Source: Planctomycetota bacterium
GTDB lineage: Bacteria > Planctomycetota > UBA1135 > GCA-002686595
DNA length: 21,876 nucleotides
Direction of reading: 5' to 3'
NCBI GenBank assembly: GCA_047618505.1
Contig: JBLHLB010000028.1
Location: 1 to 21,876, forward strand
Shown here: in pieces, positions 7,142 through 15,874 of the stretch
Layout of the letters: the number at the start of each line of letters is the position of its first letter
Position numbering within the stretch: position 1 is the stretch's first letter
The notes under the pieces: generated by a model
Databases searched by the model: none
What the model was told of the DNA's origin: nothing
What the model saw: only the letters and a program-made list of their open reading frames with translations
Program-made: the position numbers and the translations under genes

Positions 7142-8793
7142 CCTCCAAGGGACCCCCCATTCGACTGGAATATACAGTCGCAGGTGTCGGTTCATCCTTC
7201 GCCTTCGATCCTGGAGTGATTCAGGTGGGGCGCGAGCCGAAGTGTGACCTGGTAATCGATGACGAGTGGATGTCCCGTTCCCATGCGACGCTCTCGTTTG
7301 AAGAGGGGCGCTGGATCGTGCGCGACACCAAGAGCGCGAACGGCACCAGGGTCAACTCCCGGCGCATCAGGGAGGAAGCCCTAACCGATGGGGATCACAT
7401 CCGCTTCGGTCGTATCGATGTGCTCTGCAGTATCCCCGAAGAGGCGGGCAACAGGATCGACTTCGTGGACGTGGATATGGAGGGACTGATGACCCAATCC
7501 ATCGCGGTGGGGGACTTCGATCAGCTCCTGCGCTCCGTCTTGCAACCGGAGGAAAAGCCCGCCGATGGAACGGCGAAGATTACCCGTTCTCCCGCCGCCG
7601 CTGGTCAGGACCAGGACGAGCCTTCGGCGCTCGGGGACGTTGCTTGGATTCTGCAGGTCGTCAAGGGCACTACTGAGGCGTTGGTTTCCGTCGACGAACT
7701 CAATCAGGTCTTGGACCGAATTCTGGTGCTGGTTTCAGAGCACCTCAAGATGGACTACGGCGTCATTTACCTTTGCGAAGAGGGGCTTGAGGATCTCGAG
7801 AAGATGGCCGAGCACTGCGGTCGTCTGCACGGCGAAACCCAGCCCGTGCAGATCAGCCTGAGTGTTGCGCGCACAGCGGTCGAGAGGCGCGAAGCCGTGT
7901 TGATCACGAACGCTGGGGACGACGAGCGTTTCGCGGGGATCCAGAGCATTGTTTCCAGTGGAACGCAGTCCGCCGTTTGCGCTCCCTTGATCCACCAGGG
8001 CAAGGTACTGGGGCTGATTTACGTTCTTCAGACTGCGCTCGGCGAGACCTACAACACCACGCACCTGGGGGTCCTCTCGATCCTGGCGGGACTCTCGGCG
8101 GCAGCCGTGGACCGCGCGCGTTTACGCGAGGGTATGGAGCTTGAGAAGCAAAAGCGCGTGCGGCTCTCTCGCTACCACGCGCCGGCAGTTGTTGAACGAA
8201 TCATCCGTGATGGCTCAGGAGAAATGACCTCCTACGAGCGCGAGATCACGGTGCTCTTTGGCGACATCGTTGGCTTCACCGCCTTGGCCGAACGCCTTTC
8301 CGCAGGCGAGGTTACGCGGATCCTGAACGAGATCTTCCAGGGGATCACTGACGCTGTCTTTGATCAGGGTGGCACCCTGGACAAGTTTATCGGAGATGCC
8401 GCGATGGCATTTTTTGGGGCACCTAACGAACAGACGGACCATGCGGAGCGTGCCGTGCGTGCTGGGCTTGCCATGCAGGCCGGTCTGCGTGACTACAACG
8501 CGGGCAGGGCCCCGGCGGACTGTTTGGGCATGCGTATTGGCATTAACAGCGGCGTCGCCATTGTCGGCGACGTGGGGGCCCTTCAACGCAAGGACTTCAC
8601 CTGTATCGGAGACGCGGTCAACGTCGCCAGCCGCCTGGAGTCCACCGTGGCTGAGGAGGGCCAGGTCGTGATTGGCCCGCGAACCTTTGAGTTGCTGGCG
8701 GGATGCATGGAGACCAAAACACTGCCGCCCAAGCCTCTCAAGAACAAGCTGACTCCGATCCAGCCGTACCTTGTTGTTGATCCAGAAGCCTGA
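7138..8793 (+). CDS. FHA - GAF - class III adenylate cyclase (CHD domain)
   Basis: The ORF track gives 7102..8793. The ATG at 7138 overlaps the upstream stop as ATGA, so I prefer it. FHA: VGREPKCDLVIDDEWMSRSHATL...SANGTRVN...GDHIRFG. GAF at aa ~195-340. Cyclase domain: VLFGDIVGFTAL...KFIGDAAMAFFGAP...MRIGINSGVAIVGDVG...CIGDAVNVASRLES. Confidence 0.9.
   Translation: MTSKGPPIRLEYTVAGVGSSFAFDPGVIQVGREPKCDLVIDDEWMSRSHATLSFEEGRWIVRDTKSANGTRVNSRRIREEALTDGDHIRFGRIDVLCSIPEEAGNRIDFVDVDMEGLMTQSIAVGDFDQLLRSVLQPEEKPADGTAKITRSPAAAGQDQDEPSALGDVAWILQVVKGTTEALVSVDELNQVLDRILVLVSEHLKMDYGVIYLCEEGLEDLEKMAEHCGRLHGETQPVQISLSVARTAVERREAVLITNAGDDERFAGIQSIVSSGTQSAVCAPLIHQGKVLGLIYVLQTALGETYNTTHLGVLSILAGLSAAAVDRARLREGMELEKQKRVRLSRYHAPAVVERIIRDGSGEMTSYEREITVLFGDIVGFTALAERLSAGEVTRILNEIFQGITDAVFDQGGTLDKFIGDAAMAFFGAPNEQTDHAERAVRAGLAMQAGLRDYNAGRAPADCLGMRIGINSGVAIVGDVGALQRKDFTCIGDAVNVASRLESTVAEEGQVVIGPRTFELLAGCMETKTLPPKPLKNKLTPIQPYLVVDPEA
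7213..7425 (+). other. FHA domain of the cyclase
   Basis: Canonical GR...SRxH...NGT.VN...GD motifs. Confidence 0.8.
7684..8121 (+). other. GAF domain
   Basis: The region between the FHA and cyclase domains has a GAF-like pattern (LDRILVLVSEHLKMDYGVIYL...KVLGLIYV). Confidence 0.55.
8239..8736 (+). other. Class III nucleotidyl cyclase catalytic domain; the Lys/Thr specificity pair suggests a class IIIb adenylyl cyclase
   Basis: Metal-binding Asp in FGDIVGFT. Substrate-specifying Lys in DKFIGD. Thr at the position of the second specificity residue (DFTCIGDAVN). Transition-state Asn and Arg in VNVASR. Confidence 0.75.
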
Positions 8794-8821
8794 GGTGCTC
8801 GATGGGCGCAGCTGCTAGGCG

Positions 8822-8854
8822 CAGTGGCTTCTACCCACCGGATTCAAGCCACTG
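8822..8854. terminator. Hairpin between convergent genes: CAGTGGCTT, 15-nt loop, AAGCCACTG
   Basis: Perfect 9-bp inverted repeat about 29 nt after the cyclase stop, overlapping the stop codon of the minus-strand gene. No U-tract. Confidence 0.3.
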
Positions 8855-10382
8855 GCTGGGTCTCACTCATCGCCTCCGCCTCCTCGGGCGTGAAGGCCTT
8901 GGAGTTGTAGCCGAAGACATCTTCGAGGGTCTTGAACATGTTCGGGCCCGCGCTGATTTCGATGTCGCGCATGGTGAATTGACCCGGATGGATGTAACCG
9001 CAGGCGTGGGTAATGGCGTTGATGTCGTTGCGCAGTGCTGAAACGTAGTTCTTGAAACGCGCGGCGTTCGTCGGCACGTGCAAACCACGCTGAAGGTAGC
9101 CGTTCTGGGTCGCAACACCGGTGGGGCAGAAGCCCGTGTGGCATTTCTGTGCCTGGATACAGCCGATGGCGAGCATGGATTCGCGCGCGATCTGGATCAG
9201 GTCCGCTCCCATGGCTAGGGCCACGATCGCGCGGTCCGGAAAGCCGAGCTTGCCGGAGCCGACCCAAACCATTTTGTCGGCGATGCCAGCATCATCAAAG
9301 ATCTTGAAGACGCGGCTGAACCCGACCTTGTAAGGCAAGGATACGTGGTCTGCGAAGGTCAGGGGTGCAGCTCCGGTTCCGCCCTCGCCACCGTCAATGG
9401 TGATGAAGTCGGGGCCGCGTTTGCCGTCTTTCATCTTGTCGGCGAGCACCTCGAAGAACTCGAGTTGACCGATAGCAGACTTGATGCCGACCGGGAGTCC
9501 CGTCGCTTCAGCGATGCCTTCGATGAAGTCGATCATCCCATCGATGTCCGAGAAGGCCTTGTGGCTGTTCGGGCTGATGCAGTCCTTCCCCATGGGGATG
9601 CCGCGGATCTTGGAGATCTCTTCGGTTATCTTGGCCGCCGGGAGCACGCCGCCCTTGCCTGGCTTCGCGCCCTGGCTCAGCTTGATCTCGATCATGCGCA
9701 CGCGCGGTACTTCCTTGATCAAGTCCTGCAGCATGCCCAGGTCGAACTCGCCCGCCTCATTCCGGCATCCGAAGTAGCCAGTGCCAATCTGCAAACAAAT
9801 GTCCGCGCCCTTGCGGTGGTAGGGCGAAACGCCGCCTTCACCGGTGTTGTGATAACAGTCCGCTTGGAAAGCGCCCTCATTGAGCGCTTGGATTGCGTGG
9901 GCCCCAAGAGAGCCAAAGCTCATGGCGGAGATGTTGATGATAGAGGGCGGACGGTAGGGGTTAGAGCGCCCGTGCCATTCCCCCAAGACCTTCGCACAGG
10001 GAATGCTCGCGGTCTTGTCCGAGTGACTCCCCGTGAAGGCTTCGTCGCCGTAGGGAAAGACAGCGTGCTTAATAATCGGATAGCCGATGCCATAGATCTG
10101 GTCATCGGTGCCGAATCCGAAGTAGTTGTTCTTCTTGTCAGCGGATCGGTCGATCCATTCCCGTTCACTGCGATTGAAGGGCGCTTCTTCGCGGTTGCTG
10201 GCCACGACGTATTGACGCAACTCCGGGCCGATTTCGATCAACAGATAGCGCAGGTGCCCCAGGACCGGGAAGTTGCGCAAGATGCTCTTCTTCGTCTGGG
10301 TTAGGTCATGACCCAGAATGAGAATGAAGACGATCCCGACGATGATGGCCCAGATTTCCCAGCGAGCTAGATACTCAAGCAT
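8844..10382 (-). CDS. Glutamate synthase family (GltB FMN-binding domain-like) protein with an N-terminal membrane anchor
   Basis: Strong resemblance to the GltS central FMN domain (GEGG...ITIDGGEGGTGAAP...). Cx5Cx4C 3Fe-4S motif CIQAQKCHTGFCP. N-terminal hydrophobic helix WEIWAIIVGIVFILILG. Confidence 0.85.
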   Translation of the reverse strand: MLEYLARWEIWAIIVGIVFILILGHDLTQTKKSILRNFPVLGHLRYLLIEIGPELRQYVVASNREEAPFNRSEREWIDRSADKKNNYFGFGTDDQIYGIGYPIIKHAVFPYGDEAFTGSHSDKTASIPCAKVLGEWHGRSNPYRPPSIINISAMSFGSLGAHAIQALNEGAFQADCYHNTGEGGVSPYHRKGADICLQIGTGYFGCRNEAGEFDLGMLQDLIKEVPRVRMIEIKLSQGAKPGKGGVLPAAKITEEISKIRGIPMGKDCISPNSHKAFSDIDGMIDFIEGIAEATGLPVGIKSAIGQLEFFEVLADKMKDGKRGPDFITIDGGEGGTGAAPLTFADHVSLPYKVGFSRVFKIFDDAGIADKMVWVGSGKLGFPDRAIVALAMGADLIQIARESMLAIGCIQAQKCHTGFCPTGVATQNGYLQRGLHVPTNAARFKNYVSALRNDINAITHACGYIHPGQFTMRDIEISAGPNMFKTLEDVFGYNSKAFTPEEAEAMSETQPVA

Positions 10383-10525
10383 GAACGGCTTCCTTCTTTG
10401 GGGTGACTTGCGAGTCTATTAGAAGTGCCTTGTCGCTGTTTCGCAACTATGCAGATCTCCGGGGCCCGTTTGCGCGGGGTTCGCTAGGATGGATCGGGCT
10501 CAATAGACACGGAGAATGCTACGCG

Positions 10526-11206
10526 ATGAGTACGATTGCCTTCGATATAGAGGTTGCTGGCTTCCCCTGGGGGGAAGTTGACGAGAGCACCCAGACCTAC
10601 CTTCTGAAGCGGGCGCGTAACCCCGAAGCTCGCGAAGCTGTGCCCGACCGTCTGGCCCTTTACCCCGGGCTGGGGAAGGTCATTGCAATCGGCATGTGGA
10701 ATCTCGAGGCAGAGCGCGGCTTGATCCTCCTTGAGGGGGAGTCCACTGAACAAACGGATTGGGAGCGCGTCCCCAACTCCGACATCTTCCGCGGGTCTGA
10801 GAAGGAGCTGCTCGAACGCTTCTGGGAGATCGTCGACCGCAAACAACCGCGCCTAGTTTCCTACAACGGTCGCGGTTACGACGGTCCGATCCTTGCAATT
10901 CGATCCGCCCAGGCGGGTATCGCGCCCAGCGCCAACCTGATGCCGCCGCGCTGGAAGCTCGAGCGTCACGTGGACTTGATGGACGTGCTTTCCTTCCAGG
11001 GTTCCTGGCGCGAGCGCTATTCGCTCGACTACTGGTGTCACCGCTTTGGCGTCGAAAGCCCTAAAGGTGGCATCGACGGAAGCCAGGTTGGACGCGCCTA
11101 CGACGAAGGTCGCATCGATGAAATTGGCGAGTATTGCCTACGCGATGTGCGCGCGACGGGGGAGCTCTTCAAGCACCTGGAGCACACCCTGCTGCCGCTG
11201 CTTTAA
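10526..11206 (+). CDS. DEDDy-type 3'-5' exonuclease (PolB-exonuclease-like, RNase H fold)
   Basis: The ORF track gives 10403..11206. I prefer the ATG at 10526 (MSTIAFDIE...) because GGAGAA lies 9 nt upstream. Exo I FDIE, Exo II YNGRGYDGPIL, Exo III YCLRD motifs. Confidence 0.7.
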   Translation: MSTIAFDIEVAGFPWGEVDESTQTYLLKRARNPEAREAVPDRLALYPGLGKVIAIGMWNLEAERGLILLEGESTEQTDWERVPNSDIFRGSEKELLERFWEIVDRKQPRLVSYNGRGYDGPILAIRSAQAGIAPSANLMPPRWKLERHVDLMDVLSFQGSWRERYSLDYWCHRFGVESPKGGIDGSQVGRAYDEGRIDEIGEYCLRDVRATGELFKHLEHTLLPLL

Positions 11207-11233
11207 TCACCGGTTCGCCGGGCGCTTTCCGAC

Positions 11234-13018
11234 CTAGTCTTCGTCGTCCTCCGTAGGCGCCGGGCTGGCCGGGAAGGCGGGCCAGAGTTCCCACTCATCT
11301 GTTTGGGCGATGCGTTCGAACAGCGCGGCAACGAGCGCCCGCGTTTCAGCCACTGTCTCCACCGCAGGGGGCGGGGGATTCTTGGGAATCAAGATGTAGC
11401 GCGGCGCGTCACCAAGCCCAAAGGCATCCTTGATGCGCAGCAGCGCTAGGTCGTAGGTCGACTTCGTTGCCGGGATCACGGTACGCCAGGCGTAGTAGGA
11501 ACAGGCCGGGGTGAGGGCCATGCCCTGGGGGTAAATACCCACGGCACCCGGCGGCAAAATCGCCGCGATCTGTTGCCCGGCCGTCGACGGCAGTGGCGAC
11601 ATGGGGCCCGACTCCAAACTTGGATCATCGAGGGGCCCCGGGTCGCGCCAGTCCTGTCGAATATGCTCCGCACGCACCAAGCCCGGCAGTAGGAATGCCA
11701 GAGTGACCAGGATCAGGGGACCCTCGCCGCCGCGCAGACGCAATAGCGGACGACCCAGGGCTCCGAGGGCCTCGGCCGCCAGGATAGCGATCCCCGGTGC
11801 CAGGTTTAGGAGGAAGACGGTCTGTCCATTACGAGCCGCATCGCCGTCCCAGGTGTGGCGGTAGAAGGTCATCAGGAACAGACAGCCGCTGCCCAGGAGT
11901 AGGGGACCGGCGGAGAGCCCGCGGACTTCCCTGGATCCACGCCCTGCCCAGACTCTTCCCTCCCAAGCTCTCCATAGCGCAAGTACAAGTCCAATCGCCG
12001 CTAGGATCAGGATCGGCAGCGTAAAGAAGTGCTCCATGCGAACGAGCTGGCGCCGCAGCCATTCGCCAAGGGGGTGCTCGCCATCGAAGAGCGGATGCAG
12101 CATGGACCCCAGGCGACTACTTAGATTGCCCGCAAGCTCCGGAGGTAGCACTTGCCGCGTCCACAGCCCGTGCAACACAGGCGGCACAAGGGCGGCGACG
12201 GAGAGGACGGCACCCGTCTTCAGGGCGCACCTCAGGCCGCGGAACCAGAGGGCGGCGAAGGCCATGGATGGAACGAGGAAGGCGGGCGTGAATGTCACGC
12301 AGGCAGCGGCCAGGAAACTGAAGCCAGCAATGAGCAACTCCCGCGTCCGCTCGGTCTTCAGGTAGCGCAGCTGGAAGCCAACCCCAAGCAGCATCAGGGG
12401 CCAGACGAAGTTCTCATAGTTGACCAGCGCCCCATAGAGAATCTGAATCGGAAGAGCCGCCGCGAGCGCTAGTGCTAAGAGTGCAACGCGTGCATCCGCA
12501 ACCAGGCGCACCACCCACCAAAGGGCCAGGAGACCCAGGAGGTGACCAATCAAAAAGGGCACACGCGCTGCCCTTTCCGTTCCCCGCGGAGGCGCTTCAC
12601 CCTGCTGCCAGGCCTGGTCCCAACCTTCCGGCGCAAAGAGCTTCAGGCTGCTCCAAATCGCAATAGGGACCGTCGGCGGGTGATTCGGATAGAGGTAGGG
12701 CAGGGCCTCTGAATCGCCAGGCAGATCGACGCTAAGGGTGGGGTAGCCCCCGTAGGCACCCACACCAATACGACTGAAGTTCACCGCGCCGATGACAAAG
12801 CATGCGCCTTGAAACCCCTCTAGCTCGCGGTCCCAGGGACCGTTCAAGTCGCGCGCTCGCGGAACCAGAGCGGCCAACAACAGAAGTGCGACGGCAAGCA
12901 GCTCAGCAACTCTCAACAGTCGCTGAGCCCGCGCCCCCAGAACGCTCGAATCCGGGCCGTCTTCCGGCGAAGTTCCGGCTCCGGATGTTTCTTCTGATCC
13001 CCTAGACGCGACTTGCAT
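11234..13018 (-). CDS. Polytopic membrane protein, putative GT-C fold glycosyltransferase (ArnT/PMT-like, GT39/GT83-like)
   Basis: 593 aa with at least 10 hydrophobic helices in the N-terminal two thirds and a soluble C-terminal domain. The overall layout is typical of GT-C lipid-linked sugar transferases. Family assignment is by resemblance only. Confidence 0.55.
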   Translation of the reverse strand: MQVASRGSEETSGAGTSPEDGPDSSVLGARAQRLLRVAELLAVALLLLAALVPRARDLNGPWDRELEGFQGACFVIGAVNFSRIGVGAYGGYPTLSVDLPGDSEALPYLYPNHPPTVPIAIWSSLKLFAPEGWDQAWQQGEAPPRGTERAARVPFLIGHLLGLLALWWVVRLVADARVALLALALAAALPIQILYGALVNYENFVWPLMLLGVGFQLRYLKTERTRELLIAGFSFLAAACVTFTPAFLVPSMAFAALWFRGLRCALKTGAVLSVAALVPPVLHGLWTRQVLPPELAGNLSSRLGSMLHPLFDGEHPLGEWLRRQLVRMEHFFTLPILILAAIGLVLALWRAWEGRVWAGRGSREVRGLSAGPLLLGSGCLFLMTFYRHTWDGDAARNGQTVFLLNLAPGIAILAAEALGALGRPLLRLRGGEGPLILVTLAFLLPGLVRAEHIRQDWRDPGPLDDPSLESGPMSPLPSTAGQQIAAILPPGAVGIYPQGMALTPACSYYAWRTVIPATKSTYDLALLRIKDAFGLGDAPRYILIPKNPPPPAVETVAETRALVAALFERIAQTDEWELWPAFPASPAPTEDDED

Positions 13019-13029
13019 AGGGGCAGATT

Positions 13030-13443
13030 CTAAACCGCCGGCACTTGCTCTTCGGGATACTCGTAATCGGGATACTCTGGGATTTCCGGGATCTCGACAC
13101 TTGGCCAGTCGAGCTGCGGGCAGTCCCCATAGAGGCGCTCAAGGTCGTAGTACTCGCGTGCTTCGGGCTGCAGGATGTGGACGACCACATCGCCATAGTC
13201 GAGCACAACCCACCAGCCGAGCTGGATTCCTTCCATGGGTTGGTGCTGCTCGCCGACGGATTTCAGTCGCACGTGCAGATCGTTGACGATGGCCCGCACG
13301 TGGGTGCGGTTCTGACCGGAGATCACGACGAAGTAGTCGGCAACTTGAAGCTGCTTGTCGACGTCGAAGACCAGGATGTCGGTCGCCTTCTTCTCTTCAG
13401 CCAGGTGGGCTGCTGAGGCGGCAAGTTGACGGGAATCGATGAT
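13030..13443 (-). CDS. rsfS: Ribosome silencing factor RsfS (Iojap/YbeB family)
   Basis: The ORF track gives 13030..13326 from an internal GTG. The open frame continues upstream through DILVFDVDKQLQVADYFVVISGQNRTHV, which matches the RsfS N-terminal region, with no ATG/GTG/TTG in frame. I place the likely start at an AUC codon (13441-13443, or 13438-13440), 3-6 nt after a perfect GGAGG. The C-terminal part WVVLDYGDVVVHILQPEAREYYDLERLY is the RsfS hallmark. Confidence 0.7.
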   Translation of the reverse strand: MIDSRQLAASAAHLAEEKKATDILVFDVDKQLQVADYFVVISGQNRTHVRAIVNDLHVRLKSVGEQHQPMEGIQLGWWVVLDYGDVVVHILQPEAREYYDLERLYGDCPQLDWPSVEIPEIPEYPDYEYPEEQVPAV

Positions 13444-13648
13444 GAACCTCCGGACGATCCGGATGATCCGGGCTAGGGCCGGACAATGTTTGAGCGGCCG
13501 ATCGGCCGCGAAATGAGTTTGCCCCGCGTTTGCGGAGCTGCCCTCGTCGAGGGCGATCCTACCCGAGGATTGCCGGGGATAGGCCTTGGAATCAATGGGG
13601 GGCAGGACGGCGTCAAGCCGGCCTGCCCCCCGCTGTTCAATCTAGCGA

Positions 13649-13666
13649 GCCCGGCCTAGGCCGGGC
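13649..13666 (-). terminator. GC-rich hairpin (GCCCGGCC TA GGCCGGGC) 7 nt downstream of the hppA stop
   Basis: Perfect palindrome directly 3' of the minus-strand hppA stop (13673-13675). No U-tract, which is common for terminators in GC-rich genomes. Confidence 0.35.
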
Positions 13667-13672
13667 CAGTCA

Positions 13673-15802
13673 CTAGATGAACCAGGGCAGGAACACCAGG
13701 CCCACAACCGTCATCAGCTTGACGAGGATGTTGAGGGAGGGTCCCGAGGTGTCCTTGAAGGGGTCACCAACGGTGTCACCGACGACAGCGGCCTTGTGGG
13801 GCTCGGAGCCCTTGCCGCCGTGGGCGCCGCCTTCGATGTACTTCTTCGCGTTGTCCCAGGCACCGCCTGCGTTGGACATGAAGATGGCCATCATGACGCC
13901 CGTGACGAGGGCGCCGGCGAGCAGACCACCGAGGGCCTGGACGTTCCAGAAGCCCACGAGGATCGGGGCTAGGACGGCGATGACGCCGGGGACGATCATT
14001 TGCTTGAGGGCACCGTCGGTGGAGATCTCAACGCAGCGAGCGGCGTCCGGGGGCGTGGTGCCCTCCATGATGCCGGGGATCTCGCGGAACTGACGGCGAA
14101 CTTCTTCGACCATGGCGAAGGCGGCGTTGCCGACGGCGCGCATGGTCAAGGCGCTGAACAGGAAGGGCAGGATGCCGCCCAGCAGCATGCCAATGATGAC
14201 ATTGGTCGTGTTGATGTTCAGCATCAGGAAGCCGGTGCTTTGGTCAAGCATTCCGGTCAGCTTGGCGATTGCCCCCTCGTCCGTCATGCCTGCGACACGT
14301 TCGGTCACCAGGGAGCCGGCGCGGATGCAGAAGGCGCCGAAGAGCGCCAGGGCTGTCAGAGCGGCGGACCCGATGGCGAAACCCTTGCCGATGGCGGCCG
14401 TCGTGTTACCGACGGCGTCGAGTGCGTCCGTACGCTGACGAACCACTTCGGGCAGCTTGGCCATCTCGGCCAGTCCACCGGCGTTGTCAGCCACGGGGCC
14501 GTAGGCGTCAACACCGAGGGATATACCCAGGGTGGAGAGCATTCCGACGGCGGCTAGGGCGACGCCGTAGACGCCGGCCATGTAGTTGGAGAAGAAGATC
14601 GAACCGCAGATTAGAAGCACGGGGACGACCACCGATTCCATGCCCGTTGCCAGGCCGTGGATGATGTTGGTGGCAGCGCCGGTTTCGGACTGCTTGGCGA
14701 TGTTCTGGACCGGGTGCGTGTCGGTCGAGGTGTAGTACTCGGTGATCTTGCCGATGGCGACGCCGATCACGAGACCGGAGACGATAGATAGCAGAAGAGC
14801 CAAGCCCGTGCTCATGTCGTGATCGACACCGACGAGGGTTTCCGGCAGATTGAGCACGTCGGTCAGCGTGAGGAACGCGGTGGCCGCGACGACTACTGCG
14901 GAGGCGACAAGCAGTCCGCGGAAGAGTGCGGAGTGCAGGGCGTGCTCGTCATTGGCCTTCACAAAGAAGGTGCCGATGATCGAGGCGATAATCCCCATAG
15001 CCGAAACGGCGATCGGCAGAACCACGATGCCAGACATGCCGGGGTCCCCGGCGTAGGCGAAGGCGCCCAGTGTCATGGCGGCGATGATCGAGCCCACATA
15101 GGACTCGAACAGGTCCGCACCCATGCCGGCCACGTCACCGACGTTATCACCGACGTTGTCCGCGATGGTGCCGGGGTTACGGGGGTCGTCTTCGGGGATG
15201 CCCTGCTCGACCTTGCCGACGAGGTCGGCGCCGACGTCCGCGGCCTTGGTGAAGATGCCACCACCGACGCGACTGAAGAGGGCGATGGCTGAGGCGCCGA
15301 AGCTGAAGCCCAGGACGTACTCGAGGTTCTTAGAGTCGAGATCGGAGGCGTAGGCCAGCGTGAAGCCGACGACGCCTAGTAGCGCCAAGCCGACTACGCT
15401 CATGCCCATCACTACACCGGAGCTGAAGGCAACGCCCAGGGCGTCCGACAGACTCTTCGTTGCGGCCTGGGTGGTACGGACCGCAGCGCGGGTTGCGGTG
15501 TGCATGCCGAAGTAGCCGGCCAAGGCCGAAGCGAAGGCGCCTGCGACGAAGGCACCTGCAGTTTTCGGGCCGAGGCCGTCATCAGCGCTCGAGGCACCGA
15601 TGGCGATGGCGACGATGACCACGAAGATCGCAAGCCACTTGTACTCCGCTTTCAGGAAGGCGGCGGCGCCGTCCTGCACAAGCTTGGAGATGTCCTGCAT
15701 CTGTTGAGTGCCGGCATCCTGCTTCATGATGCCACCGAATTTCACGATGGCGTAAACAAGAGCGATGACGGCGGCACCGCCGGCGACGTAGAGGAATTCC
15801 AT
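13673..15802 (-). CDS. hppA: Membrane-bound proton-translocating pyrophosphatase (H+-PPase)
   Basis: Diagnostic motifs [35 protein letters not shown] and [22 protein letters not shown]. About 16 TM helices. 709 aa. Confidence 0.95.
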   Translation of the reverse strand: MEFLYVAGGAAVIALVYAIVKFGGIMKQDAGTQQMQDISKLVQDGAAAFLKAEYKWLAIFVVIVAIAIGASSADDGLGPKTAGAFVAGAFASALAGYFGMHTATRAAVRTTQAATKSLSDALGVAFSSGVVMGMSVVGLALLGVVGFTLAYASDLDSKNLEYVLGFSFGASAIALFSRVGGGIFTKAADVGADLVGKVEQGIPEDDPRNPGTIADNVGDNVGDVAGMGADLFESYVGSIIAAMTLGAFAYAGDPGMSGIVVLPIAVSAMGIIASIIGTFFVKANDEHALHSALFRGLLVASAVVVAATAFLTLTDVLNLPETLVGVDHDMSTGLALLLSIVSGLVIGVAIGKITEYYTSTDTHPVQNIAKQSETGAATNIIHGLATGMESVVVPVLLICGSIFFSNYMAGVYGVALAAVGMLSTLGISLGVDAYGPVADNAGGLAEMAKLPEVVRQRTDALDAVGNTTAAIGKGFAIGSAALTALALFGAFCIRAGSLVTERVAGMTDEGAIAKLTGMLDQSTGFLMLNINTTNVIIGMLLGGILPFLFSALTMRAVGNAAFAMVEEVRRQFREIPGIMEGTTPPDAARCVEISTDGALKQMIVPGVIAVLAPILVGFWNVQALGGLLAGALVTGVMMAIFMSNAGGAWDNAKKYIEGGAHGGKGSEPHKAAVVGDTVGDPFKDTSGPSLNILVKLMTVVGLVFLPWFI

Positions 15803-15817
15803 AAGTACGTCCGAGCT

Positions 15818-15874
15818 GATCTCGAATTGGGTGGCTGAGGAGCGGCTTCGAGATCAAAAAGGTGGTGGATCTCG
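15818..15874 (-). promoter_or_regulatory. Three copies of GATCTCG(AA) in the hppA 5' leader or promoter region
   Basis: GATCTCGAA (15818-15826) and TTCGAGATC (15847-15855) form a 9-bp inverted repeat. GATCTCG (15868-15874) is complementary to the middle copy again. The three lie 16-72 nt upstream of the hppA start codon. Confidence 0.3.

Noticed and set aside
9345-10304. 319-aa plus-strand ORF overlapping the glutamate-synthase-family gene
   Set aside because: Antisense to a strongly supported CDS, with no recognisable motifs. A high-GC artefact.
10403-10525. Longer N-terminal extension of the exonuclease ORF
   Set aside because: The extension has no homology signal and the ATG at 10526 has a GGAGAA RBS. 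The conserved Exo I motif starts 6 residues after that ATG.
14000-14557. 185-aa and other plus-strand ORFs inside hppA
   Set aside because: Antisense to the unmistakable H+-PPase coding sequence. Gly/Asp/Ala-rich mirror translation.
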